A stretch of DNA of 32,000 nucleotides from Paenibacillus macerans (GCF_050565405.1 NZ_JBNYYG010000008.1:100677-132676); one strand, 5' to 3'. Numbered from the stretch's first letter, positions 1 through 8,873 are shown. Notes: a model not told the origin generated them from the letters alone. Numbers and translations: made by a program.

Positions 1-172
1 AATGGAACATTCGTTTTCTCATCCTAGACGTAGTTTCTTCCTTACTTGAATTTTTATGTGAATTGAAAACCATAGCCTTTACGTTATTCTTTCCCTAATG
101 TAAATTACTTTCCGTGTACCTACATAATGATAACAACCTCTTCCCGTTTAGGTTGGTAATTGAAGATTCAAT

Positions 173-402
173 TGCCTCGAGCCCTACTATAACAGGTATA
201 ATTTCTTTTCAAAAGAAGGCATTTTTTTTATATATGCTTTAAAAATGTAAAGTCTTGATCCAGCTTTTAAGGAAGGGGAGGGATGCTGAATTTTATAAGG
301 GTATGACTTCGAATGAACATAACTTTCATTTTCTAAAGCATATTAAAAAAAATATCCTTCTTATAATAAATATCATTACCTGCTATAGTTGGCCTCGAGG
401 CA
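173..402. repeat. ~230-bp long imperfect palindrome (MITE-like element or large stem-loop) upstream of the DsbA-family gene
   Basis: Outer arms 173-198 (TGCCTCGAGCCCTACTATAACAGGTA) and 377-402 are reverse complements at 23/26 positions. Inner arms also pair: GAAGG 215-219 / CCTTC 356-360, T-run/A-run, and a perfect ATATGCTTTA 232-241 / TAAAGCATAT 334-343. Both pairs share the same symmetry centre (~287.5). Confidence 0.6.
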
Positions 403-434
403 CTATCTATTAGAAAAATAAGGGAGGATGAAGC

Positions 435-1163
435 ATGAAAGTAGAAGTATGGACAGATATGGTATGTCCGTTTTGTTATATCGGCAAACGTCGTCTTGAA
501 GCAGGATTAGAAAAGCTTGTCCATCCCGAGGCCGTGAACATGGTTTATCGAAGCTTCGAGCTGGATCCAGATATGGAGGTGAATCCCTCGGACGATGTTT
601 ACGGGTTGGCTGCTGCTAAACAGGGATCGACCCGAGAACATATGAAGGCCATGCAGGAGACGATTTCAAAACGTGCTGAACAGGTTGGTTTAAAATTCAA
701 CTACGATACAGCAAAGCCCACCAATACGTTTAACGCTCATCGCCTTCTGAAGTATGCTATGACGTTTGGCAAAGGGGATGATTTGTTGGAAAGGCTATAT
801 CAGGCCTATTTCACGGATTCTCTGCATCTGGGGGATGTGAATACCTTGGTGGATCTTGCTGTACAATCCGGTTTGGATCGCAGCGATACGGCTGCGATGC
901 TGGAGAGCGACCAATATGGTGATGAGGTAAGGGCTGACGAGTTGGAAGCAAGTCGATTAGGGATACGAGGAGTGCCTTTTTTCGTGATCAACGATAAATA
1001 TGCCATCTCCGGTGCACAACCCGCAGAGGTATTTGCGGAAGCGTTACAGCAAGCCTGGAAAGAGGAAAACCCGTTGATTCCATTTAAATCCTCCTCCCTC
1101 GATCCTGATGCTTCCCTATGTGAAGATGGTTCGTGCCAATTACCCAATAGCTCACACGACTGA
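435..1163 (+). CDS. DsbA-family thiol:disulfide oxidoreductase (FrnE-like)
   Basis: 242-aa ORF with the thioredoxin-fold CxxC motif near the N-terminus (MVCPFCYIGK). SD GGGAGG lies ~7 nt upstream of the ATG. Confidence 0.85.
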   Translation: MKVEVWTDMVCPFCYIGKRRLEAGLEKLVHPEAVNMVYRSFELDPDMEVNPSDDVYGLAAAKQGSTREHMKAMQETISKRAEQVGLKFNYDTAKPTNTFNAHRLLKYAMTFGKGDDLLERLYQAYFTDSLHLGDVNTLVDLAVQSGLDRSDTAAMLESDQYGDEVRADELEASRLGIRGVPFFVINDKYAISGAQPAEVFAEALQQAWKEENPLIPFKSSSLDPDASLCEDGSCQLPNSSHD

Positions 1164-1208
1164 AGATAACTAGAGTAAAGACAATTATATTAGAAAGCGG
1201 GAGAACAA

Positions 1209-1868
1209 ATGGATGTCACTCTAAGAAAAAAAGAATTGTTAGAAACCTACTATTACCGTCATGCGACCAAAGAATTTGACCCGGACAAGAAAATCTCCGA
1301 AGATGATTTTCAATTTATTCTAGAGGCTGGCCGGTTATCTCCCAGCTCGGGGGGGAATGAGCCTTGGAAATTTGTTGTTGTACAAAGCCCCGAATTTAGA
1401 AAGGAATTAGCTCCGCATGTATCAGGAGGTGTGCGTCAGCTTCCTACATCAAGTCATTTCGTTTTGATATTAGCTCGAAAGAATCTTACCTTTGATTCTC
1501 CTTATTTGGTGGAACATCAAACTCAAGCCTTACAGATGCCTTTGGAGATATTTCAAAAAATGAAGCCTGCATATGGGCAATTTTATGAGGAGCTGCACTT
1601 GGATTCCGAAAGAGCTTTGTTAGACTGGGCCTCCAAATCGACCTATATTGCTCTGGGAAATATGACCACGGCTGCGGCGCATATTGGAATTGATTCATGC
1701 CCTATTGAAGGGTTCAACCTGGATGCCGTCAATGATCTTCTTCAGAAGAAAGGTTTGCTGGGAGACGATGAATATGGCTTAAGTGTCATGGTGGCCTTTG
1801 GATATCGCGTTCGGGAAGGGCGCCCTAAGAGAAGAAAGCCAGTTAACGAAATCGTACAGTATGTTTGA
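1209..1868 (+). CDS. NAD(P)H nitroreductase family protein
   Basis: 219-aa ORF with nitroreductase-family sequence features (RHATKEFD, LSPSSGGNEPWKF, C-terminal GYR..RP.RRKP). SD GGGAGA precedes the ATG. Confidence 0.8.
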   Translation: MDVTLRKKELLETYYYRHATKEFDPDKKISEDDFQFILEAGRLSPSSGGNEPWKFVVVQSPEFRKELAPHVSGGVRQLPTSSHFVLILARKNLTFDSPYLVEHQTQALQMPLEIFQKMKPAYGQFYEELHLDSERALLDWASKSTYIALGNMTTAAAHIGIDSCPIEGFNLDAVNDLLQKKGLLGDDEYGLSVMVAFGYRVREGRPKRRKPVNEIVQYV

Positions 1869-1930
1869 TGGATTTAAGCTTTTCGTTCGTGAATAACGGA
1901 ACCCCCGATTAATCAACGATTAATATGTAT

Positions 1931-1963
1931 TAGCCGTCAAACGTTCAGCTAGTTTGACGGCTA
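1931..1963. terminator. Hairpin between the convergent nitroreductase and HxlR genes
   Basis: Perfect 11-bp stem AGCCGTCAAAC (1932-1942) / GTTTGACGGCT (1952-1962) with a 9-nt loop. There is no strong U-tract on either side. Confidence 0.55.
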
Positions 1964-1978
1964 AATCAAACAAATCCT

Positions 1979-2320
1979 TTAGGAAGTTTTTTGGACCGAA
2001 GAATCCCATTCGCTTTTCCATCGATTGATTTGTTCAAACACTACTGAAAATGCTTTGCCTTTTTCAGTAATGGAATATTCGACTGTTACGGGTACTGTCG
2101 GGAACACTTGACGTTTTATCATTTGTTGCTCTTCTAAATTTCTTAGAGTATCTGTTAACCCTTTTGTATTGACGTTATCTAAATTTCGTCGCAGCTGATT
2201 AAACCGCTGAGGCTGTTTTAGAAGTTCGGTTAGGACTAGAAAAGTCCATTTTCCTGAAAGAAATTGCAGAACTTCAGAAATGGATTCAATACAATGACTT
2301 TCAAACTCTACTTGTTCCAT
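1979..2320 (-). CDS. HxlR-family winged-helix transcriptional regulator
   Basis: 113-aa ORF with an HxlR-type signature (LSGKWTFLVLTELL..PQRFNQLRR...LTDTLRNLEEQQMIKRQVFPTVPVTVEYSITEKG). It is divergent from the hydrolase-remnant/cupin/OYE genes. Confidence 0.9.
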   Translation of the reverse strand: MEQVEFESHCIESISEVLQFLSGKWTFLVLTELLKQPQRFNQLRRNLDNVNTKGLTDTLRNLEEQQMIKRQVFPTVPVTVEYSITEKGKAFSVVFEQINRWKSEWDSSVQKTS

Positions 2321-2586
2321 TGTTTATCAGCTCACTTTCTTTGTGTTATTCAGAATAAAAAATAAAGTTAGTTTCTTATTTAAAGCATATAAGAAAATGT
2401 TTGTAATGTCACTGGAAATATTATCCATTCGTTTATTGCTTGCATTGTTGCTTGTCGCAGGATTGTTGTTTGGGAGGTTTATTTATTTTGTCTACGGCAT
2501 GGTTTTACTGATAGGTCCACGAGGATCCCCATGTAAACAATGAACCTAATGTTTTATTGAATTTTTGACTAATAGGAGTGAATTTA

Positions 2587-2916
2587 ATGAGTACGTTCGT
2601 ACTGGTACACGGATCGTGGCATGGTGCATTTTTTGCCGATTGTTCCGAAGAGGATTTCAAAAGCGCTTATGAAAAGCTTTGTTTAGAGCCGCTCATACCG
2701 TCGGTAACGCCTGTCCAACTGTCTGGCGAGAAATTCGGATCGGTACCTCGTGTATATATCGAAGGACTTAAAGATAGAGCAATTCCAATCCAATTACAAC
2801 GTGGGATGTATTCGCAAACGCCTTGCGAACAAGTTATTACCTTGGATTCGGATCACTCGCCATTCTTTTCCCACCCGGAAGAATTGACTTCTCATTTGTT
2901 AAAGCTAACCCATTAA
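2587..2916 (+). pseudogene. alpha/beta hydrolase (SABP2/methylesterase-like) with a large in-frame internal deletion
   Basis: The N-terminal FVLVHGSWHGA runs directly into a C-terminal segment (DCSEEDF...FGSVPRVYIEGLKDRAIP...LDSDHSPFFSHPEEL). The nucleophile-elbow (G-x-S-x-G) region normally lying between them is absent, leaving only ~109 aa. SD TAGGAG lies 8 nt before ATG 2587; the tracked ORF starts at GTG 2578. Confidence 0.6.
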
Positions 2917-2946
2917 ATAAACTAACGAACCTTAAGGAGAATGAAG

Positions 2947-3417
2947 ATGAAAATGACTAACGACCACTTATCCGGAGCCGTCGTTACTTATGCCAAGGAA
3001 CTTAAATGGTTCGACACAATGCCGGGAGAACAAATGGCTATTCGGATCCACAGCAACCAAGCGGGTGGAGCGGTAACCGTCATTGAAGCACGTGTACCGG
3101 CTTTGTCAGGACCTCCAAAGCACATTCATAAGGAAAGGGAAGAGATATTTGAAATTCTTGAAGGAACGTTTCTTTTCCAATGCGGGGACACAGAATTTGA
3201 GGCGACTCCCGGAACGAGCGTTGTGGTTCCTCGCGGCGTTCCTCATGCGTGGGCAAATGTTGGAACTGATACGGGCCGTATTCTTTTCACATTTGCTCCT
3301 GGAGGGATTGACGATTTCTTTCCTGAAATTAGCCGATATTCACTCGAGGAAATTGGAAAGATCGCTGAGCAATTTGACACTTGGATAATTGGGCCGCCCC
3401 TGGTTATGCAATCTTGA
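2947..3417 (+). CDS. cupin domain protein
   Basis: ORF 2941-3417 carries cupin motifs (PPKHIHKEREEIFEILEG...VVVPRGVPHAW). SD AAGGAG 2934-2939 favours the second ATG at 2947 (7-nt spacing). Confidence 0.8.
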   Translation: MKMTNDHLSGAVVTYAKELKWFDTMPGEQMAIRIHSNQAGGAVTVIEARVPALSGPPKHIHKEREEIFEILEGTFLFQCGDTEFEATPGTSVVVPRGVPHAWANVGTDTGRILFTFAPGGIDDFFPEISRYSLEEIGKIAEQFDTWIIGPPLVMQS

Positions 3418-3452
3418 AAATTTAATAGTCTGATCCCAGGGGGGGGAATATT

Positions 3453-4538
3453 ATGAAAGATGCATACAAACCTCTTTTTGAACCGCTTCGTTTAAAAAGC
3501 GGCAAAGAACTAAAAAATAGAATCGTTATGTCTCCAATGGGGCATTTAGGTTCGTTACCCGGCGGATTTATTTCCGAGGATGAATTAGCTTATTACGAGA
3601 TGAGAGTTAAAGATGTTGGTATGGTCATTACATCGGCTACTACTATAAAAAAAGGGAGTCACTATCCGGGTTTGCCTGCAGCAGAAACAGACGAACATAT
3701 CCCTGGACTGCGCAGGCTTAGCACTGTATTGAAATCATATGGAGCGGTTGCCGTTATGCAGTTATTCCATGAGGGTGCTAATGGAGCAGGTGAAGCGCCC
3801 AGTGCTGTTACAGCAGATAACTCCAATTTCCCGCTTCCGCGTGAATTATCGGATGGAGAAATTGAAGATATTATTAGGAAATTCGGAGATGCGGCAAGAC
3901 GAGCCATTGAATCCGGTTTCGACGGAGTCGAAATTCATGGTGCTAACGGATTTCTGGTTCAGCAATTTACATCGCCTCATTACAATCGTCGTACTGATAG
4001 ATGGGGCGGCACTTTAGAAAAACGTTTGGCTTTTCCACTCGCTGTAATAAGTGAAATCAAAAAAGTAGCGGCAGATAGCGGAAAGACGTTTATTATTGGT
4101 TATCGAATTTCACCGGAGGAAGCAGAATGGAATGGATTGACCATGGCGGATACCAAACAGAACGTTAATAGACTTGCAGATCAGGGGCTGGATTATATTC
4201 ACGTTTCTCTTCATGATTTCTGGTCGAAGCCGCGTCGGGGTACTGATGATACCCGATCCAGGATAGAGATTCTTAAAGATGTCGTTGGAGAACGTACTGC
4301 TCTCATTGGCGTGGGTGAAATTAGAACTCCTGAAGATGCCGTCGAGGCTTTGTCTACCAGTATAGAACTCATTGCAATCGCAAGAGGTTTGCTTTTAGAT
4401 CCACTGTGGGTTGAAAAGGTACGCGAAGATAAAGAAAACTTTATCAAGAAAAAATTGCACAGGGGCGATAACTCGGAACTGATGCTTCCTGAGGCCTTAT
4501 GGGACATGATTGAAAATTATATTCCGTATGAGAATTAA
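3453..4538 (+). CDS. NADH:flavin oxidoreductase, Old Yellow Enzyme family
   Basis: 361-aa ORF with an OYE-like pattern (KNRIVMSPM, MQLFHEG, FDGVEIHGANGFLVQQFTSPHYNRRTDRWGG, IGVGEI). A G-rich SD precedes the ATG. Confidence 0.85.
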   Translation: MKDAYKPLFEPLRLKSGKELKNRIVMSPMGHLGSLPGGFISEDELAYYEMRVKDVGMVITSATTIKKGSHYPGLPAAETDEHIPGLRRLSTVLKSYGAVAVMQLFHEGANGAGEAPSAVTADNSNFPLPRELSDGEIEDIIRKFGDAARRAIESGFDGVEIHGANGFLVQQFTSPHYNRRTDRWGGTLEKRLAFPLAVISEIKKVAADSGKTFIIGYRISPEEAEWNGLTMADTKQNVNRLADQGLDYIHVSLHDFWSKPRRGTDDTRSRIEILKDVVGERTALIGVGEIRTPEDAVEALSTSIELIAIARGLLLDPLWVEKVREDKENFIKKKLHRGDNSELMLPEALWDMIENYIPYEN

Positions 4539-4785
4539 TCGTATATCAGGCAGCAGGTTCTTAGAGTATTGATAAAAGCTCGGGAGCCTCTGCCCAATTT
4601 TATCCCTTTCAATCAAAACAATTACGAATAACGAGAAACTCTAAAAAAGCCATTTGTCGCATTGTTTGAAAACAAAGCAGTAGGTTGTATTACAGCGGTA
4701 CAAACAATGGCATATTGATTTGGGGTTGTTTTGTGTCATGGAGCAATCTTTGATAGATTATGATCTAGAGATATTTCCTGCAGTC

Positions 4786-4814
4786 TGTTAAATCCAATGT
4801 TAAATTTGTTAAAA
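4786..4814 (+). repeat. Three direct copies of TGTTAAA(T/A) just upstream of the vanR SD
   Basis: TGTTAAAT 4786-4793, TGTTAAAT 4798-4805 and TGTTAAAA 4807-4814, followed by SD AGAGGG and ATG 4827. Function unknown. Confidence 0.5.
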
Positions 4815-4826
4815 GAGGGTTGAACG

Positions 4827-5522
4827 ATGAGCGATAAAATACTTGTTGTGGACGATGAACGCGAAATTGCCGATTTGGTTGAGCTATACTTGAAAAACGA
4901 GAATTATACGGTTTTCAAATTCTATACTGCCAAAGAAGCGTTGGAATGCATCGACAAGACCGAGCTTGACCTTGCCATACTGGATATCATGCTTCCCGAT
5001 TCGAGTGGCCTTACGATCTGCCAAAAGATACGGGACAAGCATACCTATCCGATTATCATGCTGACCGCGAAAGATACGGAGGTAGATCAAATTACAGGGT
5101 TAACCATCGGCGCGGACGATTATATAACGAAGCCCTTTCGCCCGCTGGAGTTAGTTGCGCGGGTCAAGGCGCAATTGCGCCGATACAAAAAATACAATGG
5201 AGTAACGGAGCGGTACGAAGATGTTATCGTCCACTCCGGCCTTATAATAAATAAAAACACGCATGAGTGTTTTCTGAACGAGAAGCAGTTATCCCTTACT
5301 CCCACCGAGTTTTCACTCCTGCGCATCCTCTGTGAAAACAAGGGGAATGTGGTTAGCTCCGAGCAGTTATTTCATGAGATATGGGGCGACGAATATTTCA
5401 GCAAGAGCAACAACACCATCACCGTGCATATCCGGCATCTACGCGAGAAAATGAACGACACCCTTGATAATCCGAAGTATATAAAAACGGTATGGGGGGT
5501 TGGCTACAAAATTGAAAAATAA
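4827..5522 (+). CDS. vanR: VanR, OmpR-family response regulator of the vanA-type cluster
   Basis: 231 aa, the same length as Tn1546 VanR. It is near-collinear with my recollection of that protein (MSDKIL.VDDE.EIADLVELYLKNENYTVFK.YTAKEALECIDK...NPKYIKTVWGVGYKIEK). Confidence 0.95.
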   Translation: MSDKILVVDDEREIADLVELYLKNENYTVFKFYTAKEALECIDKTELDLAILDIMLPDSSGLTICQKIRDKHTYPIIMLTAKDTEVDQITGLTIGADDYITKPFRPLELVARVKAQLRRYKKYNGVTERYEDVIVHSGLIINKNTHECFLNEKQLSLTPTEFSLLRILCENKGNVVSSEQLFHEIWGDEYFSKSNNTITVHIRHLREKMNDTLDNPKYIKTVWGVGYKIEK

Positions 5523-6660
5523 GAATAAAAAAACCGATTATTCCAAACTAAAACGAAAACTCTACCAGTATATCGTTGTGGTTGTTATGGCAGCCGTTGT
5601 ATTCGTGTTGTTTTTGCGTTTATTTATCAGGGGGACACTTGGGGAGTGGATCGTACGTTTTTTGGAAAACAGTTATAACCTGGAGCGTCAGGACGCGATG
5701 ATCATATATCAGTATACGATACGGAACAATATAGAAATCTTTATTTATGTGGCGATTGCCATTAGTATTCTTATTCTATGCCGCGTCATGCTTTCAAAAT
5801 TTGCAAAATACTTTGACGAGATCAATACCGGCATTGATATACTTATTCAGAACGAAGATAAACCCATTGAACTTTCTGCGGAAATGGAGTTCATGGAACA
5901 GAAGCTGGGCACATTAAAACGGACTCTGGAAAAGCGAGAGCAGGATGCAAAGCTGGCCGAACAAAGAAAAAATGACGTTGTTATGTACTTGGCGCACGAT
6001 ATTAAAACGCCCCTTACATCCGTTATCGGTTATCTGAGCCTGCTTGACGAGGCGCCGGACATGCCGGTAGAGCAAAAGGCGAAGTATGTGCATATTACGC
6101 TGGGCAAAGCGTATCGCCTCGAACAGCTAATCGACGAGTTTTTTGAGATTACGCGATATAACCTCCAAACGATAACGCTCACGAAAAAGCACATAGACCT
6201 ATACTATATGCTGGTGCAGATGACCGATGAATTTTATCCGCAGCTTGCCATGAATGGAAAACAGGCGGTTATCCATGCTTCCGAGGATTTGACCGTATTC
6301 GGCGACCCCGATAAGCTGGCAAGGGTCTTTAACAACATTTTGAAAAACGCCGCTGCATACAGCGAGAAGGGCAGCGTCATTGACATTACGGCGGGCCTCT
6401 CCGGGGATAGGGTGTCCATCGTTTTCAAGAACGCCGGAAGCATTCCCAAAGATAAGCTCGCTGCCATATTTGAAAAGTTTTACAGGCTGGACGATGCCCG
6501 TTCTTCCGATACGGGCGGCGCGGGACTTGGACTCGCGATTGCCAAAGAAATCATTGTTCAGCATGGCGGGCAGATTTACGCGGATAGCAGTGATAACTGC
6601 ACGACGTTCACGGTAGAGCTTCCGGCCTTGCCGGACTTGGGTGATACAAGGAGTTCCTAA
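5500..6660 (+). CDS. vanS: VanS, membrane sensor histidine kinase
   Basis: 386 aa with a TTG start overlapping the vanR 3' end by 23 nt. It has two N-terminal hydrophobic segments, an H-box MYLAHDIKTPLTS, and N/G boxes (NILKNAAAYS, DTGGAGLGLAIAKEI). It is collinear with Tn1546 VanS as I recall it. Confidence 0.95.
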   Translation: MATKLKNKNKKTDYSKLKRKLYQYIVVVVMAAVVFVLFLRLFIRGTLGEWIVRFLENSYNLERQDAMIIYQYTIRNNIEIFIYVAIAISILILCRVMLSKFAKYFDEINTGIDILIQNEDKPIELSAEMEFMEQKLGTLKRTLEKREQDAKLAEQRKNDVVMYLAHDIKTPLTSVIGYLSLLDEAPDMPVEQKAKYVHITLGKAYRLEQLIDEFFEITRYNLQTITLTKKHIDLYYMLVQMTDEFYPQLAMNGKQAVIHASEDLTVFGDPDKLARVFNNILKNAAAYSEKGSVIDITAGLSGDRVSIVFKNAGSIPKDKLAAIFEKFYRLDDARSSDTGGAGLGLAIAKEIIVQHGGQIYADSSDNCTTFTVELPALPDLGDTRSS

Positions 6661-6665
6661 AATCC

Positions 6666-6684
6666 CCCCACAAAGTGGGGCTTT
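6666..6684 (+). terminator. Small hairpin immediately after vanS (weak terminator candidate)
   Basis: CCCCAC (6666-6671) AAA GTGGGG (6675-6680), followed by CTTT. Confidence 0.3.
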
Positions 6685-6735
6685 ACTTCGAAGCTTACTC
6701 AGGTACTTTGCGGGGACCCCGGGAACTAATATTCG

Positions 6736-6782
6736 TTTCTTAGGAAAATCTCAAGGTTATCTTTACTTTTTCTTAGGAAATT
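6736..6782 (+). promoter_or_regulatory. Two direct TTTCTTAGGAAA(A/T)T boxes: candidate VanR~P binding sites of the vanH promoter
   Basis: TTTCTTAGGAAAAT 6736-6749 and TTTCTTAGGAAATT 6769-6782 sit in a 33-bp register in the vanS-vanH spacer. This is where VanR~P sites lie in Tn1546. Confidence 0.65.
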
Positions 6783-6796
6783 AACAATTTAATTTT

Positions 6797-6850
6797 AAAA
6801 AACGGCTCGTTCTTATGCGGTAGACTTAAACCGTAAGAACGAGCTTTTTT
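6797..6850 (+). terminator. Intrinsic-terminator-shaped hairpin inside the vanH leader
   Basis: A6 (6797-6802), perfect 11-bp stem GCTCGTTCTTA 6805-6815 / TAAGAACGAGC 6834-6844, inner CGGT/ACCG stem, then T6 (6845-6850). It ends 30 nt before the vanH ATG. Confidence 0.6.
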
Positions 6851-6880
6851 GTTTCGGCAGAGAAAGGAATGGTCTTCATT

Positions 6881-7849
6881 ATGAAAAACATCGGCATAAC
6901 CGTTTATGGATGCGGGCAGGACGAGGCAGATGCATTCCGTGCCCTTTCGCCGCGCTTTGGCGTTACGCCCACGATCATTAACGCCGACGTATCGGAAGAG
7001 AGCGCCATATTAGCCCCCGGCAATCCATGTATCAGCGTGGGACACAAATCCGAGGTTTCCGCGTCGATTCTTCTTGCGCTGAAGAGAGCCGGCGTGAAAT
7101 ATATCTCTACCCGAAGCGTCGGCTGCAATCATATCGATACAACTGCCGCTAAGAGAATGGGCATCGCTGTTGGCAATGTGGCGTATTCGCCGGATAGCGT
7201 TGCCGATTATACCGTCATGCTGATGCTTATGGCGGTACGCAATGCGAAATCTACTACGCGCTCTGTGGAAAAACATGATTTCAGGCTGGGCAGCGTCCGT
7301 GGCAAGGTACTGCGCGATATGACCGTCGGCGTGCTGGGAACCGGCCAAATTGGCCAAGCGGTGATTGAGCGGCTGCGGGGATTTGGATGTCATGTGCTTG
7401 CCTTTGACCGTAGCCAAAGAGTAGAGGCAGACTATGTTCCTTTTGATGTGTTGTTGCAAAATAGCGATATCATTACGCTTCATGTGCCGCTGGGTGCGGA
7501 TACGCGCCATATCATCGGCCACGAACAAATGAGGGGAATGAAGCAAGGCGCGTTTATTATCAATACAGGGCGCGGTGCGCTTGTGGATACGGATGCGCTG
7601 GTTAAAGCATTGGAAACCGGAAAACTGGGCGGCGCCGCATTGGATGTATTGGAGGGAGAGGAAGGGTATTTCTACTTTGATTGCACACAAAAACCAATTA
7701 ATCATCCATTTTTATTGAAACTTCAAAGGATGCCGAACGTGATCATCACGCCGCATACGGCTTATTATACCGATCAGGCGTTGCGTGATACCGCCCTAAA
7801 AACAATCAAAAACTGTTTGGATTTCGAAAGGAGCCTAGCACATGGATAA
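6881..7849 (+). CDS. vanH: VanH, D-lactate (2-hydroxyacid) dehydrogenase
   Basis: From ATG 6881 (MKNIGITVYGC...) the product is 322 aa, the Tn1546 VanH length. SD AAAGGA 6863-6868. The tracked ORF start at 6869 has no spacing to the SD. The D-isomer 2-hydroxyacid dehydrogenase fold motif GVLGTGQIGQAV is present. Confidence 0.95.
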   Translation: MKNIGITVYGCGQDEADAFRALSPRFGVTPTIINADVSEESAILAPGNPCISVGHKSEVSASILLALKRAGVKYISTRSVGCNHIDTTAAKRMGIAVGNVAYSPDSVADYTVMLMLMAVRNAKSTTRSVEKHDFRLGSVRGKVLRDMTVGVLGTGQIGQAVIERLRGFGCHVLAFDRSQRVEADYVPFDVLLQNSDIITLHVPLGADTRHIIGHEQMRGMKQGAFIINTGRGALVDTDALVKALETGKLGGAALDVLEGEEGYFYFDCTQKPINHPFLLKLQRMPNVIITPHTAYYTDQALRDTALKTIKNCLDFERSLAHG

Positions 7850-8873
7850 AGTAAAAGTTGCAATCCTGTTTGGCGGTTGCTCGGAGGAGCATGATGTGTC
7901 GGTAAAATCGGCAATAGAGATCGCCGCTAACCTTGACAATGAGAAATACGAGCCGATCTACATTGGGATTACGAAATCCGGTGAATGGAAAATGTGCGAA
8001 AAACCGGTCACGGAATGGGAGAAAGGCAATTGCTGCTCAGCCGTGCTCTTACCGGATAAAAAAATGCACGGATTGCTTATTATAAAAAACCATGAATATG
8101 AAATTCACCACATTGATGTAGCGTTTCCGGTTTTGCACGGCAAGTTGGGCGAAGATGGAGCCATACAAGGTTTGTTTGAATTGTCCGGCATCCCCTATGT
8201 GGGCTGCGATATTCAAAGCTCCGCGATTTGTATGGATAAATCGCTGGCCTACATCATTGCGAGAAACGCTGGCATAGCTACTCCCGAATTTTGCGTTATT
8301 CATAAAGACGATCGGCCGGCGGCAGAGGCGTTTCCCTATCCTGTTTTTGTCAAGCCGGCGCGTTCAGGTTCATCCTATGGCGTAAAAAAAGTAGGTGGCG
8401 CGGACGAATTGGACGCCGCCATTGAATCGGCGGGGCAATATGACAGTAAAATCTTAATTGAGCAGGCTGTTGTGGGCAGTGAAGTCGGGTGTGCCGTATT
8501 GGGAAACAGTTCCGAGTTGATGGTTGGCGAGGTGGACGAAATCAGGCTGCAGCACGGGTTCTTTCGCATACATCAGGAAGCTGAGCCGGAAAAAGGCTCT
8601 GAAAACGCGGTGATAACCGTTCCCGCAGCTCTGCCCTCCGAGGAACGAGGGCGAATACAGGAAACGGCAAAACAAATCTATATGGCGCTTGGCTGTAAAG
8701 GTCTTTCCCGTGTTGATATGTTTTTACAAGATAACGGCCGCATTGTGCTTAACGAAGTCAATACCTTGCCCGGGTTCACGTCATACAGCCGTTATCCCCG
8801 TATGATGGCCGCTGCGGGCATAACGCTTCCCGAACTGATTGACCGCTTGATCGTATTGGCGTTAAAGGGGTGA
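7842..8873 (+). CDS. vanA: VanA-type D-alanine--D-lactate ligase (VanA/VanF/VanM clade)
   Basis: 343 aa, the same length as Tn1546 VanA. There is an 8-nt vanH/vanA overlap (ATGGATAA). Long identical blocks match VanA as I recall it (KVAILFGGCSEEHDVSVKSAIEIAAN, PVFVKPARSGSS, LNEVNTLPGFTSYSRYPRMMAAAGI.LPELIDRLIVLALKG). Confidence 0.95.
   Translation: MDKVKVAILFGGCSEEHDVSVKSAIEIAANLDNEKYEPIYIGITKSGEWKMCEKPVTEWEKGNCCSAVLLPDKKMHGLLIIKNHEYEIHHIDVAFPVLHGKLGEDGAIQGLFELSGIPYVGCDIQSSAICMDKSLAYIIARNAGIATPEFCVIHKDDRPAAEAFPYPVFVKPARSGSSYGVKKVGGADELDAAIESAGQYDSKILIEQAVVGSEVGCAVLGNSSELMVGEVDEIRLQHGFFRIHQEAEPEKGSENAVITVPAALPSEERGRIQETAKQIYMALGCKGLSRVDMFLQDNGRIVLNEVNTLPGFTSYSRYPRMMAAAGITLPELIDRLIVLALKG

Noticed and set aside
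2343-2543. 66-aa hydrophobic ORF in the HxlR/hydrolase intergenic region.
   Set aside because: It has no SD, is AT-rich and low-complexity, and lies where the divergent promoters should be. It cannot be supported as a gene from sequence alone.
4774-4783. Inverted partial VanR box (TTTCCTGCAG) upstream of vanR.
   Set aside because: It matches only ~7 of 10 positions of the reverse complement of the TCTTAGGAAA core seen twice before vanH. That is too weak to call without a footprint or alignment.
6869-6880. Upstream ATG (MVFIM...) as the vanH start.
   Set aside because: It lies directly against the SD with no spacing. ATG 6881 gives the 322-aa VanH length and the MKNIGITVYGC N-terminus.
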